Below are positions 41,058-51,798 of a stretch of DNA of 61,359 nucleotides, piece after piece; position 1 is the stretch's first letter; each line of letters begins with the position of its first letter. Under the pieces are notes generated by a model. That model was not told the DNA's origin, made no database searches, and was given only the letters and a program-made list of their open reading frames with translations. The stretch is from an uncultured Bacteroidota bacterium (lineage in GTDB: Bacteria; Bacteroidota; Bacteroidia; Bacteroidales; GWA2-32-17), in NCBI GenBank assembly GCA_903872185.1, contig CAIQJL010000375.1, positions 1 to 61,359 on the forward strand, read 5' to 3'. A program made the translations under genes and the position numbers.

Positions 41058-41561
41058 ATGAATAAAATAGAGAATGTAATAAAAGCATTAGATTTAATGC
41101 CGCATCCGGAAGGTGGATACTTCAAAGAGACTTATAGAAGTACCGGAGAAATAAAACAAGAAAATCTCAGCTCTGATTTTAACGGAAATAGAAATTATTC
41201 AACTTGTATATACTTTTTGCTAACATCAGATACGTTTTCTGCATTTCATAGAATTAAACAAGATGAAATATGGCATTTTTATGATGGTTCTCCAATAAAT
41301 CTTCATACCATTAGCTCAGAAGGGAAATACTCATTAATTGTAATTGGTAAAGAAATTGAAAAAGGACAGATTCCTCAATATGTAGTACCTGCAGGTGTTT
41401 GGTTTGCAGCAAAAGTTTTAAATAAAAACGATTACAGCTTGTTAGGATGCACTGTTTCACCTGGATTTAATTTTAATGACTTTGAACTTCCTAACAGAAT
41501 TGATTTAATTAACAAATTTCCACAACACACTAATATTATTACAGAATTAACATGGAAATAA
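41058..41561 (+). CDS. Cupin_5 (DUF985/YML079w-like) protein
   Basis: L.PHPEGGYFKETYRS, IYFLL, SAFHRI..DEIWHFY.G, VPAGVWFAA, GCTVSPGF.F.DFEL. Confidence 0.9.
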   Translation: MNKIENVIKALDLMPHPEGGYFKETYRSTGEIKQENLSSDFNGNRNYSTCIYFLLTSDTFSAFHRIKQDEIWHFYDGSPINLHTISSEGKYSLIVIGKEIEKGQIPQYVVPAGVWFAAKVLNKNDYSLLGCTVSPGFNFNDFELPNRIDLINKFPQHTNIITELTWK

Positions 41562-42175
41562 CAATTTTACAAATTATTGGGTACGCAGCTTCAATTATCA
41601 TTGCTGCCTCAATGACAATGAATTCAATAGTAAAATTCAGATGGATAAATCTAGTTGGGGCATCAACTTTCTCAGTTTATGGATTTGTTATTGGAGCATT
41701 CCCTGTGGGCATTTTAAATGGTTTTATTGTTTGCGTTGATATTTACTACTTATATAACATTTATTCAAAAAAAGAAGTTTTCGAAACTCTTGAATTAAGA
41801 CCTGAAAACAGATATCTTATTAGATTTTTAGAATTTCACAATGATGAGATTCAAAAGAATTTTCCAGGGTTTACATATAAACCAGAAATGAATACCATAA
41901 GTTTCTTCACATTAAGAAATATGTCGGTTGCAGGTGTTTTTCTTGCTCATCGAGAAGATGACAACATACTAAAAGTTGGCCTTGACTATGTTATTCCTGA
42001 GTACAGAGATTTTAAAAACGGCAAATACATTTATAGTCGCGTTAAGAATCGCTTTATTGGAGCAGGTTTTGCGAAAGTAATAGCACCTCCATCAAGTGAT
42101 AAGTATGTAAAATATTTGAAAAAACTTAATTTTACAGAAAATGCTGATGGGTTGTATGAAATTAAACTTAAATAG
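41552..42175 (+). CDS. YgjV-like 3-TM membrane domain fused to a soluble, possibly GNAT-like domain
   Basis: IGY.AS....S.TM....FRWINLVG...F..YG; C-terminal LDYVIPEYRDFKNG and YLKKL.F; 10-nt overlap with the cupin gene. Confidence 0.65.
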   Translation: MEITILQIIGYAASIIIAASMTMNSIVKFRWINLVGASTFSVYGFVIGAFPVGILNGFIVCVDIYYLYNIYSKKEVFETLELRPENRYLIRFLEFHNDEIQKNFPGFTYKPEMNTISFFTLRNMSVAGVFLAHREDDNILKVGLDYVIPEYRDFKNGKYIYSRVKNRFIGAGFAKVIAPPSSDKYVKYLKKLNFTENADGLYEIKLK

Positions 42176-42184
42176 AAACAGCAA

Positions 42185-42252
42185 TGTCATGCTGAGCGCA
42201 GTCGAAGCATCTACTTGACACGAATTAGATTCTTCATTTCATTCAGAATGAC
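42185..42252. repeat. REP-like dimer (simple, un-nested form)
   Basis: TGTCATGCTGAGCGCAGTCGAAGCATCT...AGATTCTTCATTTCATTCAGAATGACA. Confidence 0.78.
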
Positions 42253-42265
42253 AAAACCATAATAT

Positions 42266-43636
42266 ATGAGTATACTAATAAAAAACGGAACAGTTGTAAC
42301 TTCAAATAAAACAGAAGTTACAGATATTTTAATTACCGAAAACACAATTGAAGCTATTGGAAATAATCTTACAATAACAGATAGCACAACAATAATTGAT
42401 GCAACCAATAAATTTATTTTTCCTGGTGGCGTTGATGCTCATGTTCATCTTGACTTACCAACTCCTTACGGACCATCATCTGACAATTTTAAAACAGGTA
42501 GTATTGCAGCCATTTATGGTGGAACAACCTCAATAATTGATTTTGTAACACCTTCCAAAAATGAATCATTAATTTCTGCTATTAATAACAGATTAAAAGA
42601 TGCAAAAAACTCCTATATAGATTACGGCTTTCATATGGGAATTACTTCCTGGAATAAAGAAACAGCAAAAGAAATTGAAATATGTTTAATAGATTATGGC
42701 ATAACATCCTTTAAAACATACATGGCCTACAAAGGGACTATTGGCATAAATGCAGAAGAATTACGCAATATAATGCAAGTAGCAGCTGCACATGAATTAA
42801 TAATTACTGTTCATTGTGAAATGGGAGATGAAATAATAAAATTGCAAAAAAAATATATAGACGAATGTAACATTTCACCAAAATACCACGCATTGTCACG
42901 ACCTGCTAGTGTTGAAGCAGAATCGGTAAAACAAGTTGTACAAATAGCCAAAGAAACAGGATGTACAGTATACATAGTTCACACTTCTGCAAAAGAATCT
43001 GTGGAAATTATTGAACAGGCACAAATCAGTGGACAAAAAGTATTTTCTGAAACCTGTCCACAATACCTATTACTAGATGATACTGTATATGACAAAAAAC
43101 TACCTGTTTCATTAAAGTATGTTATCAGTCCACCTATACGATCTATACAAGACCAAACAAGACTGTGGGATGCAATAAACAATAACACTATTCAGTTTTT
43201 AGCAACCGATCATTGTCCATTTAATACAAAAGGTCAAAAAGATAAAGGCAAAAATGATTTTACAAAAATTCCAAATGGAGCTGGCGGAATAGAACACCGC
43301 ATTGAATTACTCTATACATACGGAGTTTTAGAGAATAAAATAACAAGAAATAAATTAGTAGAAATAACATCTACAAATCCTGCAAAGATTTTTGGCATTT
43401 ACCCACAAAAAGGTGAAATTGCAGTTGGCTCAGATGCTGATATAGTTATCTGGAATCCTAAAACTGAAAATATAATATCTGCAAAAACACATCATCAAAA
43501 TTGTGATTCCAACATATACGAAGGATTTAAAATCAAAGGAAAAGCAGAAACAGTAATAGTAAACGGAGAAATAGTATTAGAAAAAGGAAAAATAAAAAAC
43601 AAAATAAAAAAGGGAAAATATTTAAGAAGAAACTAA
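42266..43636 (+). CDS. hydA: Dihydropyrimidinase/hydantoinase (HyuA-like)
   Basis: PGGVDAHVH, GGTTSIIDF, SFKTYMAY (carbamylated Lys), VHCE, ETCPQYL, ATDHCPF, IPNG. Confidence 0.93.
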   Translation: MSILIKNGTVVTSNKTEVTDILITENTIEAIGNNLTITDSTTIIDATNKFIFPGGVDAHVHLDLPTPYGPSSDNFKTGSIAAIYGGTTSIIDFVTPSKNESLISAINNRLKDAKNSYIDYGFHMGITSWNKETAKEIEICLIDYGITSFKTYMAYKGTIGINAEELRNIMQVAAAHELIITVHCEMGDEIIKLQKKYIDECNISPKYHALSRPASVEAESVKQVVQIAKETGCTVYIVHTSAKESVEIIEQAQISGQKVFSETCPQYLLLDDTVYDKKLPVSLKYVISPPIRSIQDQTRLWDAINNNTIQFLATDHCPFNTKGQKDKGKNDFTKIPNGAGGIEHRIELLYTYGVLENKITRNKLVEITSTNPAKIFGIYPQKGEIAVGSDADIVIWNPKTENIISAKTHHQNCDSNIYEGFKIKGKAETVIVNGEIVLEKGKIKNKIKKGKYLRRN

Positions 43637-43648
43637 TTACTCAAAATA

Positions 43649-44944
43649 TTAATAACTTAAACGATACACTAGTCTTTTTAATTCTATCTCAGAAACTTTA
43701 GCAGCATATTGAAGATTAATTAGCATATATCCGGCATTCTCAAAGCTTGCTTGAGCAGTTTTAACATCTATAATAGTTGCCTGATTTAATTGAAATCTCT
43801 GTAATACAAGACTAACTAATTTTGCTGCATTCTTATAATTTGCTTCTTGTGAATTTATTTGATCTAAAATACTTTCATATGACTGAAATGTTTTAGAAGC
43901 ATTTGCTTTTATAGAAGATAACAAACTTTCTTTTTGCAATTCGGCATTTTTAACATTATACAAAGCAACATTTTTTTGTGTATTATAAATATTTCCGTTA
44001 AAAATTGGGATTAACAATGTTGCTCCAACAAATGGACCGAAATTTTGGGTTAACAAATTTAAACCAGCAGAGCTTGAATTGTATGTGTAATTATAACCAG
44101 TGTTCAGCTTCAATGAAGGATACCTCTGTGAATTTAGCTCTTTTACAATTTGTTCATTAACTTTAATTTGTTGTTCAGCTGAAAGGTATTTAGGATTATT
44201 TTCCAAAAAGTTTAATATTGAATCTTTTGAAATATCTTTATCTATTACAATTGTATCATTAATTATTATATCCGAAAATTGTTTAGATCCAATTATCTCC
44301 AATAAATTAATTTTAGTCTGATTAATCACTAATTTCTGACTTTTAAAATTCTGTTCGGCTAAATTAAAATCCATTTCGGCTTGCAATAAATCAGCTTCAT
44401 TTGCCATTCCTACATTTTTTCTCTCTTTTAAAATATCAAACTTTTTGGAGGAAACATCCAAAGAACTATTAATAATGTTAAGATAACTCTGCTGCCTAAC
44501 AATATCAAAATATGTGACCATAACAGCAGAAATTGTATTCTGAATTTGCTGATTTAATTCTAATTCAGATTGTTTTTGCAAACAATTTAATTTTTCTTTT
44601 GTTGCTAAAACTTTAAATCCATTAAACAAAACAATACCTGCACTTAGACCAGCATTTATTGAACTATTTGTAACATTTGATTTATTAATTTCCTGGCCTG
44701 TACTAAGTTTCTGATTAAGATTGTACATTGAATTATTATCACCTGCAGAAGCATTTATAGAAGGCAATCCACCAGCCACACCAAATTTATTGTTGATTTT
44801 TGATATTTCTGTATTATTCTTTGCAATCTGAATATCAAAATTATTTTTCAAAGCGGTATCTATTGCATTCTTTAAATTAAAAGCTTGCTGAGCCAGTATA
44901 TTCAACGGAAGAAATAATGCAAAATATATTAAATACTTTTTCAT
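43649..44944 (-). CDS. TolC family outer membrane protein
   Basis: Signal peptide, LKNAI..AL.NN, LPSIN / YPSL repeats; end of RND operon. Confidence 0.9.
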   Translation of the reverse strand: MKKYLIYFALFLPLNILAQQAFNLKNAIDTALKNNFDIQIAKNNTEISKINNKFGVAGGLPSINASAGDNNSMYNLNQKLSTGQEINKSNVTNSSINAGLSAGIVLFNGFKVLATKEKLNCLQKQSELELNQQIQNTISAVMVTYFDIVRQQSYLNIINSSLDVSSKKFDILKERKNVGMANEADLLQAEMDFNLAEQNFKSQKLVINQTKINLLEIIGSKQFSDIIINDTIVIDKDISKDSILNFLENNPKYLSAEQQIKVNEQIVKELNSQRYPSLKLNTGYNYTYNSSSAGLNLLTQNFGPFVGATLLIPIFNGNIYNTQKNVALYNVKNAELQKESLLSSIKANASKTFQSYESILDQINSQEANYKNAAKLVSLVLQRFQLNQATIIDVKTAQASFENAGYMLINLQYAAKVSEIELKRLVYRLSY

Positions 44945-44947
44945 TTG

Positions 44948-47900
44948 TTAATCTTTTAAATTTTGCAATTCAGTGTTTTCCATTTTAACTCTTCGTTTAC
45001 TTGAGATATAGGTATATACTCCAGGTATAACAAATAACGTAAGTATTAGTGAAAACAAAAGACCACCAACCACAACAGTACCTAAAGGCATTCTACTTGT
45101 GGCGGCAGAACCTAAACTCAGAGCAATTGGTAAAGCACCTAAAGAAGTTGCAAGACTTGTCATTAAAATTGGGCGTAACCTTTGCGTGGCAGCTTCAATA
45201 ACGGCCTGTTTAATAGGAATTCCCTGATCCCTTTTCTTATTTGCAAACTCTACTATAAGAATTCCATTCTTTGTGACCAGACCAATAAGCATAATCATTC
45301 CAATTTCAGAAAATATATTTATTGTCTGACCAAATATCCATAAACATAGAAATGCTCCTGCAATGGCCAAAGGAACAGTTAGCATAATTGTAAGAGGATC
45401 TTTAAAACTTTCAAACTGGGCAGCTAACACAAGGTAAATAAGAACCAATGCTAACATAAATGCAAAAGCAGTATTTGAAGAACTCTCGGAATAATCACGT
45501 GAAGGACCATTTAATGATGTTTGGAAACTATCATCTAACATAGTGTCAGCAATTGCCTGCATTGCACTTACTCCATCACCAATGGTTTTGCCCTCAGCAA
45601 GAGATGCGGAAAAAGTAGCAGATTTATATCTGTTAAAATGAAATAGAGTAGGCGGATTAGCATTCATAACAATATTCAATACTGATGCCAGCGAAATATT
45701 TACACCCTTATTATTTCTAACATAAAGTCTTAAAATATCATTTGGAGCTTGTCTGTCTTTTAATTTAACCTGTGAAATTACCTGATATTGTTTTCCATTC
45801 ATTATAAAATAATCCAATCTTCGTCCGCTAAATGCACTTTGTAAAACATCAGCAATATCAGAAACGGTAAGCCCTAACTCACGTGCCTTAATTCTATCAA
45901 TAAAAATATCTGCTTCAGGTTTATTAAATTTTAAATTAACATCAACATTCTGAAAAGTTTTATCATTTTTAGCAGCATCTAGGAATTTAGGAATAATTGC
46001 TTTTAGTTTTTCAAAATCTAAATTCTGTATTACAAATTGAACAGGCTGAGAACCTTTTGAACTAAGACCAACAGAAATCGTTTGTTCTTCGACCGGGAAT
46101 ATTTTAACATTATTAAAACGCATAACCTTTTTAGTCAAATCCTCAGAGATTTGACTTTGACTCCTGTTTCTTTCAGATTTTGGAACTAACCCTAATCTTC
46201 CCATTGCACTATTTAAACCGGTACTACTATATCCAGGAACTGAGAAAAATGAAAATTCACCTTCAGGTACCGAATCTAACAAATAATTACCAAGTTCTTC
46301 AGTGGCCTTAGTCATATAAGAATAACTTGCACCCTCAGGTCCAGTGATCTGAAAACGCATCTGACTTTTATCTTCGAGAGGTGCTAATTCAGATTGCAAA
46401 GAACTTCCAATAAAATAAACGATTCCAATACATATTGTTACAATTACCCATGCTAACCAACGTCTATTAATAAATTTATGTAAAAGATTTTTGTATTTAT
46501 CTTCCATTCCCTGAAAGAATGGTTCTGTTTTATTGTAGAGTTTGCCATGTTGAGCATTTTTTTTATTCAACAAAACATTTAATACCGGAGTAACAGTTAA
46601 TGAAACAAATGCAGAGACTAACACAGCTCCAGCCAGCACAATTCCAAATTCACGAAATAAACTGCCTACAAATCCCTGTAAAAAAACAACTGGCAAAAAT
46701 ACAATTGCGAGTGTTACAGAAGTAGAAAGTACAACAAAAAATATTTCTTTACTTCCTTCAAGAGCTGCCTGCTTAATCGGCATTCCTCTTTCAAATTTCC
46801 TGAAAATATTTTCTGTAACAACAATTCCATCATCTACCACTAATCCGGTTGCTAGAACAATAGCAAGAAGTGTAAGAATATTTATTGAAAACCCAGCAAG
46901 ATACATTATAAAGAAAGTAGCAATTAATGAAATAGGAATATCAATTAATGGGCGAATTGCAATCTGCCAACTCCTAAAAAAGAAAAATATTACCAGAATA
47001 ACTAACAATAATGCTATTGCTAAAGTTTCTTTTACTTCTGTTAATGATTTTCTAACGTTTTTAGTATTATCTATTAATGTTGTAAAAATAACACCACCAT
47101 CTTTTTGAGATTTCTGAACTTCTTCAAGTCTTTTGTTAAATTCATCTGATATTTTCACATAATTAGCTCCAGGTTGGGGAATAATAGTAATACCTACAGC
47201 ACTAACTCCATTCAAACGCCAGCTTTGTTCATATTGCTCGGGACCAAGTTCAACTTTTGCAACATCACTTAACCGAACAATTCCATTCTTATTTTCTCTT
47301 ATTATTAAATCCTGAAAATCTTTTTCTGTGCTTAACCTACCTAATGCTCTAATTGTTAATTCAGTTTTGTTACCATAAATTTTTCCAGATGGCACCTCAA
47401 CATTTTCACTTTTCAGAATAGTTGTAATATCGTTAAATGCTACATTGTATGAATTCATTTTATCGGGATCAACCCAAATACGCATTGAAGGACGCTTCTG
47501 CCCAATAATATTTACCGAACTAACTTCAGGGATAGTCTGGAATTTATTTTGCAAAGTATTTTCTGCAAAATCGCTTAATTCCATTAATCCCATAGTAGAA
47601 CTTTGAACAGCCATTAAAATAATAAAATCACCATTAGCGTCAGACTTTGAAACTACAGGAGGAGCATCAATATCTTGCGGCAAATTCCTAACAGCCTGAC
47701 TAACTTTATCGCGAACATCATTTGCTGCAGTTTCAAGATCAGATTTAAGATCAAATTCTACAGTTATATTGCTACTTCCTACTGAACTCGACGATGATAT
47801 TGTACGAATACCAGGTATTCCGTTTATTGCTTTTTCAAGTGGTTCAGTTATCTGGCTTTCTATAATATCTGAATTAGCTCCAATGTAAGATGTTTTTACC

Positions 47901-48037
47901 GTCACCATTGGCGGATCAATAGCAGGATACTCTCTAACTCCTAAATAATAATAACCTATAACACCAAACAGAATAATGAATAAATTCATTACCGTTGCAA
48001 GTATAGGTCTTTTTAACGATAATTCTGAAATATTCAT
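44948..48037 (-). CDS. RND efflux permease (AcrB/AcrD/AcrF family)
   Basis: GLVVDDGIVVTENI, QFES..DP, GLVTKNGIL, RLRPILMT. Confidence 0.95.
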   Translation of the reverse strand: MNISELSLKRPILATVMNLFIILFGVIGYYYLGVREYPAIDPPMVTVKTSYIGANSDIIESQITEPLEKAINGIPGIRTISSSSSVGSSNITVEFDLKSDLETAANDVRDKVSQAVRNLPQDIDAPPVVSKSDANGDFIILMAVQSSTMGLMELSDFAENTLQNKFQTIPEVSSVNIIGQKRPSMRIWVDPDKMNSYNVAFNDITTILKSENVEVPSGKIYGNKTELTIRALGRLSTEKDFQDLIIRENKNGIVRLSDVAKVELGPEQYEQSWRLNGVSAVGITIIPQPGANYVKISDEFNKRLEEVQKSQKDGGVIFTTLIDNTKNVRKSLTEVKETLAIALLLVILVIFFFFRSWQIAIRPLIDIPISLIATFFIMYLAGFSINILTLLAIVLATGLVVDDGIVVTENIFRKFERGMPIKQAALEGSKEIFFVVLSTSVTLAIVFLPVVFLQGFVGSLFREFGIVLAGAVLVSAFVSLTVTPVLNVLLNKKNAQHGKLYNKTEPFFQGMEDKYKNLLHKFINRRWLAWVIVTICIGIVYFIGSSLQSELAPLEDKSQMRFQITGPEGASYSYMTKATEELGNYLLDSVPEGEFSFFSVPGYSSTGLNSAMGRLGLVPKSERNRSQSQISEDLTKKVMRFNNVKIFPVEEQTISVGLSSKGSQPVQFVIQNLDFEKLKAIIPKFLDAAKNDKTFQNVDVNLKFNKPEADIFIDRIKARELGLTVSDIADVLQSAFSGRRLDYFIMNGKQYQVISQVKLKDRQAPNDILRLYVRNNKGVNISLASVLNIVMNANPPTLFHFNRYKSATFSASLAEGKTIGDGVSAMQAIADTMLDDSFQTSLNGPSRDYSESSSNTAFAFMLALVLIYLVLAAQFESFKDPLTIMLTVPLAIAGAFLCLWIFGQTINIFSEIGMIMLIGLVTKNGILIVEFANKKRDQGIPIKQAVIEAATQRLRPILMTSLATSLGALPIALSLGSAATSRMPLGTVVVGGLLFSLILTLFVIPGVYTYISSKRRVKMENTELQNLKD

Positions 48038-49095
48038 TTTACAATTGGTTTAGCATCCTGAATATTTCCATCTACAAGTTTCTTGACTTTTCTAATTTTA
48101 ACATCTCCCTTTGGCCTTACAAACAGAACTCCGCTAACAACAACAGTATCTCCAGGATTTATTCCCTTTAAAATTTCAACATTGTCGGCAGTTCTTATTC
48201 CAGTTTCAACATCAGTAAAAACAGCTTTCTTATTTTTTATTAGAATAACTTTATTTGAACTTGCGTCAGGTATTATAACATTTGATGGAATAATAATACA
48301 TTCTTCTTTCTTATCTAGTATAACCTTAACAAAAGACCCAGGACTAACATTTCCATTATTCAATTTTGCTCTAACTTTAATATTTCTTGTATCAAGATTA
48401 ATTTGAGGCTCAACAGCAGTTATTGTAGCTACTTGCTTTTCATCAATTCCAATTAATTGAACATTTATTTTATTTCCAACAGAAATAAGATTTGAATAAG
48501 TTTCGGGAACGGTAAAATCTATCTTTATTTTATCTACTTGTTGCAAAGTTCCTATTAATGTTTGAGTATTAACAAAAGCTCCAACACTTACTAGCCGCAA
48601 ACCTAGCTTACCACTAAAAGGAGCTTTTATCATGGTTTTTTCAATTTGCGCATTTAATACTTTTATATTGGCATTTATCGAATTAAGTTGATTTAACGCT
48701 ATATCATACTCTGATTGATTTACACCATTAACAGAGAGTAAAGTCTTTAAGCGCTGTTCAGTTTTAACAGCAAGATCTAACTGTGCATTTTGTTGTTCTA
48801 ACTGTGCCTGTAATTCAGCATCATTAATTTTTGCAAGTAAAGTCCCAGCAGTTACAAATGCACCATCAGGAATATTCAGATATATTAATCGGCCACTTAT
48901 CTCAGGAAATAATTCAACCATTTCTTCAGAAAGAGCATAACCATTAACCTCAGTAAATGATGAAAAAGCTATCTTTTCAGCAATAACTACATCAACAGAT
49001 GCTGGTGGTTTTTCTTTAGATTTATTTGTTTTATTTTCGCAAGAATACGATAAAATAACAACAAATATAAAAATTACAAAATGTACAATTTTCAT
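48034..49095 (-). CDS. RND periplasmic adaptor (MFP) lipoprotein
   Basis: Lipobox SYSC, lipoyl halves, IKAPFSG, DF.VPE, TR.IKVRA. Confidence 0.92.
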   Translation of the reverse strand: MKIVHFVIFIFVVILSYSCENKTNKSKEKPPASVDVVIAEKIAFSSFTEVNGYALSEEMVELFPEISGRLIYLNIPDGAFVTAGTLLAKINDAELQAQLEQQNAQLDLAVKTEQRLKTLLSVNGVNQSEYDIALNQLNSINANIKVLNAQIEKTMIKAPFSGKLGLRLVSVGAFVNTQTLIGTLQQVDKIKIDFTVPETYSNLISVGNKINVQLIGIDEKQVATITAVEPQINLDTRNIKVRAKLNNGNVSPGSFVKVILDKKEECIIIPSNVIIPDASSNKVILIKNKKAVFTDVETGIRTADNVEILKGINPGDTVVVSGVLFVRPKGDVKIRKVKKLVDGNIQDAKPIVK

Positions 49096-49109
49096 ATATT
49101 CAGTTTCTT

Positions 49110-50045
49110 CTATTTATTTGCAATTAATACTTTTAAAACACTTTCAATAACAAATGCCATTCTTTTAATATCTAAGTTCTCAATTGTATCATGTTTTGTA
49201 TGATAATTAAAATTACGATAAAATGCGGTATCTGTTATCATTAAAGCACTGTATCCAAATATCCAATAATTTAAATGATCAGAGAAATCAACACCAGGAA
49301 GGACTTTAGGTCCTGAAAATGTCTTGGTTTTAATTAAATCTAATTGTTTAAAGTTACGATTAAATTTCCTGGTAAATGAACCACTACAAAATTTCCTGAC
49401 AATCGTTATATAATCACCCTTTACGCCATAAAATAACTTTAAAAGCCCTATGGGATATTTTTGGGATTTCTTTTTATCAGAGAAATATCCTATCATTTCA
49501 AGACAAATCATTCCTTTTACATTTACATTATTTTTGAAAAGCGACTGTGCATGAATAAAACTCCCCATCGATTCTGTTTTAAAAAATGGAGGTTCTTCCA
49601 ATGAATAAGCAACAAGATCAATCCTGTTTTTTAACTCAACATCTTTTAAATTACGTGCAATTTCTAATAACCCAACAATTCCTGTTGCATTATCGTCGGC
49701 GCCTTTTTGATTACCACAAACATCATAATGTGCTCCAACAATTATTCTAGGTGCATTCTCAGGTCCAAATGAGCAAATAATATTTTTATAAGTTCTATTT
49801 TCTACTTTAAATTCCTAAACTTCAATTTTATTTGACGATTTAGCAAATTCTGTTTTTATAAATTCAGCTACCTGGTTTAAAATTTCAATGTTAACATAAT
49901 TCCTGGCTTCTTTGGTTTCTACTATTACCTTAAGATCATTAAGAATTCTTAATGTATCAATGTTTCCGGCAAAAGAAAAATTACAAATACAAATATATAC
50001 AAATAAAAAAGTTATTGCTTTTATTAAAGAGCAGAATATGTTCAT
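49110..50045 (-). pseudogene. M28 family peptidase interrupted by one in-frame TAG at 49815-49817
   Basis: The frame continues through the stop: ...KIEV*EFKVENRTYKNII...IVGAHYD...GADDNATG...SLEEPP...CLEMIG...SDH...YH. Confidence 0.85.
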
Positions 50046-50212
50046 ATTAACACACTTAAGAACAATCAATAAATTAAATAATAGTTAACAAATATAAAAA
50101 ATACTTTTACAATAATTGGTTTGTAATTAAATGTTTAATTACATATATTTGAATATTATTGATTATTATCAATGATTTAGATTTTAACAACGTGAAATTA
50201 ATTTAAACACAC

Positions 50213-50767
50213 ATGAAAAATATTTTAATGTTTTTATTACTAATATCGATTATTGCTTGTGGACAAATAACCACAAAAAATTCTGAGGCTAAAAACACAG
50301 AAACCAATGAAGAATGGAAAACTTTTGACCAATCAAAATACTCTATTAAGTACCCTTCAAGTTGGGAATTAAATCAAAGTTCAGAAACTGGTGCTAATTT
50401 CATGCTTTTCTCACCACAGGAATCAGAACAAGATAATTTCAAAGAAAATATCAATCTATTAATTCAAGATTTTACCGGACAAAATGTTACCCTTGACACA
50501 TACATACAGAATACTGAAGATCAAATTAAAACAATGTTACCAAATTCAACATTAATTGAAAACAAAAGAAATAAAAATAAAAATGGTGAATATCAAAAAC
50601 TAGTTTATTCAGGCGATCAAGAAAGTTTTCATTTAACATTTGTGCAATATGTTTGGATTATTAATGAAAAAGCATATCTAATAACATTTACAAGCGAACA
50701 AAATAAATATGCCGATTTTAAAGCAATTGGAGAAAAAATAATGGATTCGTTTTGTATTAAAAAATAA
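50213..50767 (+). CDS. PsbP/DcrB-like lipoprotein
   Basis: Lipobox IIAC; YSIKYPSSW, F.ENIN, AYLITF, IMDSF. Confidence 0.75.
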   Translation: MKNILMFLLLISIIACGQITTKNSEAKNTETNEEWKTFDQSKYSIKYPSSWELNQSSETGANFMLFSPQESEQDNFKENINLLIQDFTGQNVTLDTYIQNTEDQIKTMLPNSTLIENKRNKNKNGEYQKLVYSGDQESFHLTFVQYVWIINEKAYLITFTSEQNKYADFKAIGEKIMDSFCIKK

Positions 50768-50815
50768 ACTTAACAATATTCAATTTTCATTATAGAGTGC
50801 TTCTGAAAAAAGAAA

Positions 50816-51391
50816 ATGAGAATAATATATTTAATATTATCGCTTTGTATTTTAGCAATACTAATTAATAGTTGCAAAACAAATATTAGTTTAAATAATA
50901 ACAGGCAAAATAATTGGGCAAAGAAAGAAGAACTAAAAGGCCTCTATAATTTATATAAAATTGATGCTAACTTATACCGTTCAGAACAGCCAGACAAAGT
51001 TGATATGACAACTTTAAAGCAATATGGCATTAATACAATTATTAATTTAAGACATACCAGAACTGACAAACATGAAGCAAAAAACGTAAAACTTAATTTG
51101 GTACACATACCAATAAATACATGGACAATCTCATATGATGAGATAGTTAATAGTATAGTTGCTATTAACATTGCTAAAAAACCTGTATTAATTCATTGTC
51201 TGCACGGATCAGATAGAACTGGGTGTATTGCTGCCGCATACAGAATGACAAATTGCGGCTGGACAAAAGAAGAAGCAATAAAAGAATTTTTAGAAGGAGG
51301 ATTTGGTTACCATGAAAAATGGTTTCCTAATATACTAGAATTAATTAATAGTATCGACGTTGAAAAACTAAAACAAGATATTAAAAAGTAA
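50816..51391 (+). CDS. Dual-specificity/tyrosine phosphatase-fold lipoprotein
   Basis: Lipobox INSC; LYRSEQP, IINLR, PVLIHCLHGSDRTG (CX5R). Confidence 0.88.
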   Translation: MRIIYLILSLCILAILINSCKTNISLNNNRQNNWAKKEELKGLYNLYKIDANLYRSEQPDKVDMTTLKQYGINTIINLRHTRTDKHEAKNVKLNLVHIPINTWTISYDEIVNSIVAINIAKKPVLIHCLHGSDRTGCIAAAYRMTNCGWTKEEAIKEFLEGGFGYHEKWFPNILELINSIDVEKLKQDIKK

Positions 51392-51401
51392 TATTTGGCA
51401 T

Positions 51402-51632
51402 TTGTTACCGACTATAAAATTTATATCCTATAAGAAATTAATTGTTCTTGTTGCAAACTAGATAGCAATTCTATTAGTAATGCTTATATGGTCTAATTTT
51501 AATGTAAATAAAAACGAAATTGATTCATACCTGTTTTTATCATTATGGGCATTTGTTGCTTACTATGAATTTTCTAAACTTATACTGGTTCCTTCAATAT
51601 TAATTATTGAAAAATGGACTATAAATTTTTAA
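51402..51632 (+). pseudogene. Possible remnant of a membrane-protein gene (or 50-aa ORF 51480-51632)
   Basis: Hydrophobic frame LLPT...VAN*IAILLVMLIW...INF with an internal TAG at 51459-51461. Confidence 0.25.
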
Positions 51633-51798
51633 AAATGAAAACATAAATATTTTCATTTCAAACTTTATTTTTTACTATCGCCTTAGGTGAAACACCTAAC
51701 AAAAAATCGTTAAATAACAGATTAAACTCTTCTTATATTTGACAAAAGTTTTATTAAAAAAAGTTCACAAAATAAATGTTACTATTTAATATTCCTTT

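Noticed and set aside
28690-43636. Selenocysteine (UGA) recoding in the selenium-linked cluster
   Set aside because: The cluster ORFs are full length with no internal TGA; Se in this enzyme family is a labile cofactor ligand, not Sec
49815-51461. Genome-wide TAG reassignment suggested by two in-frame TAGs
   Set aside because: TAG ends apparently complete genes here (stops at 7-9, 3372-3374, 42173-42175, 49110-49112), and long genes are not peppered with TAG
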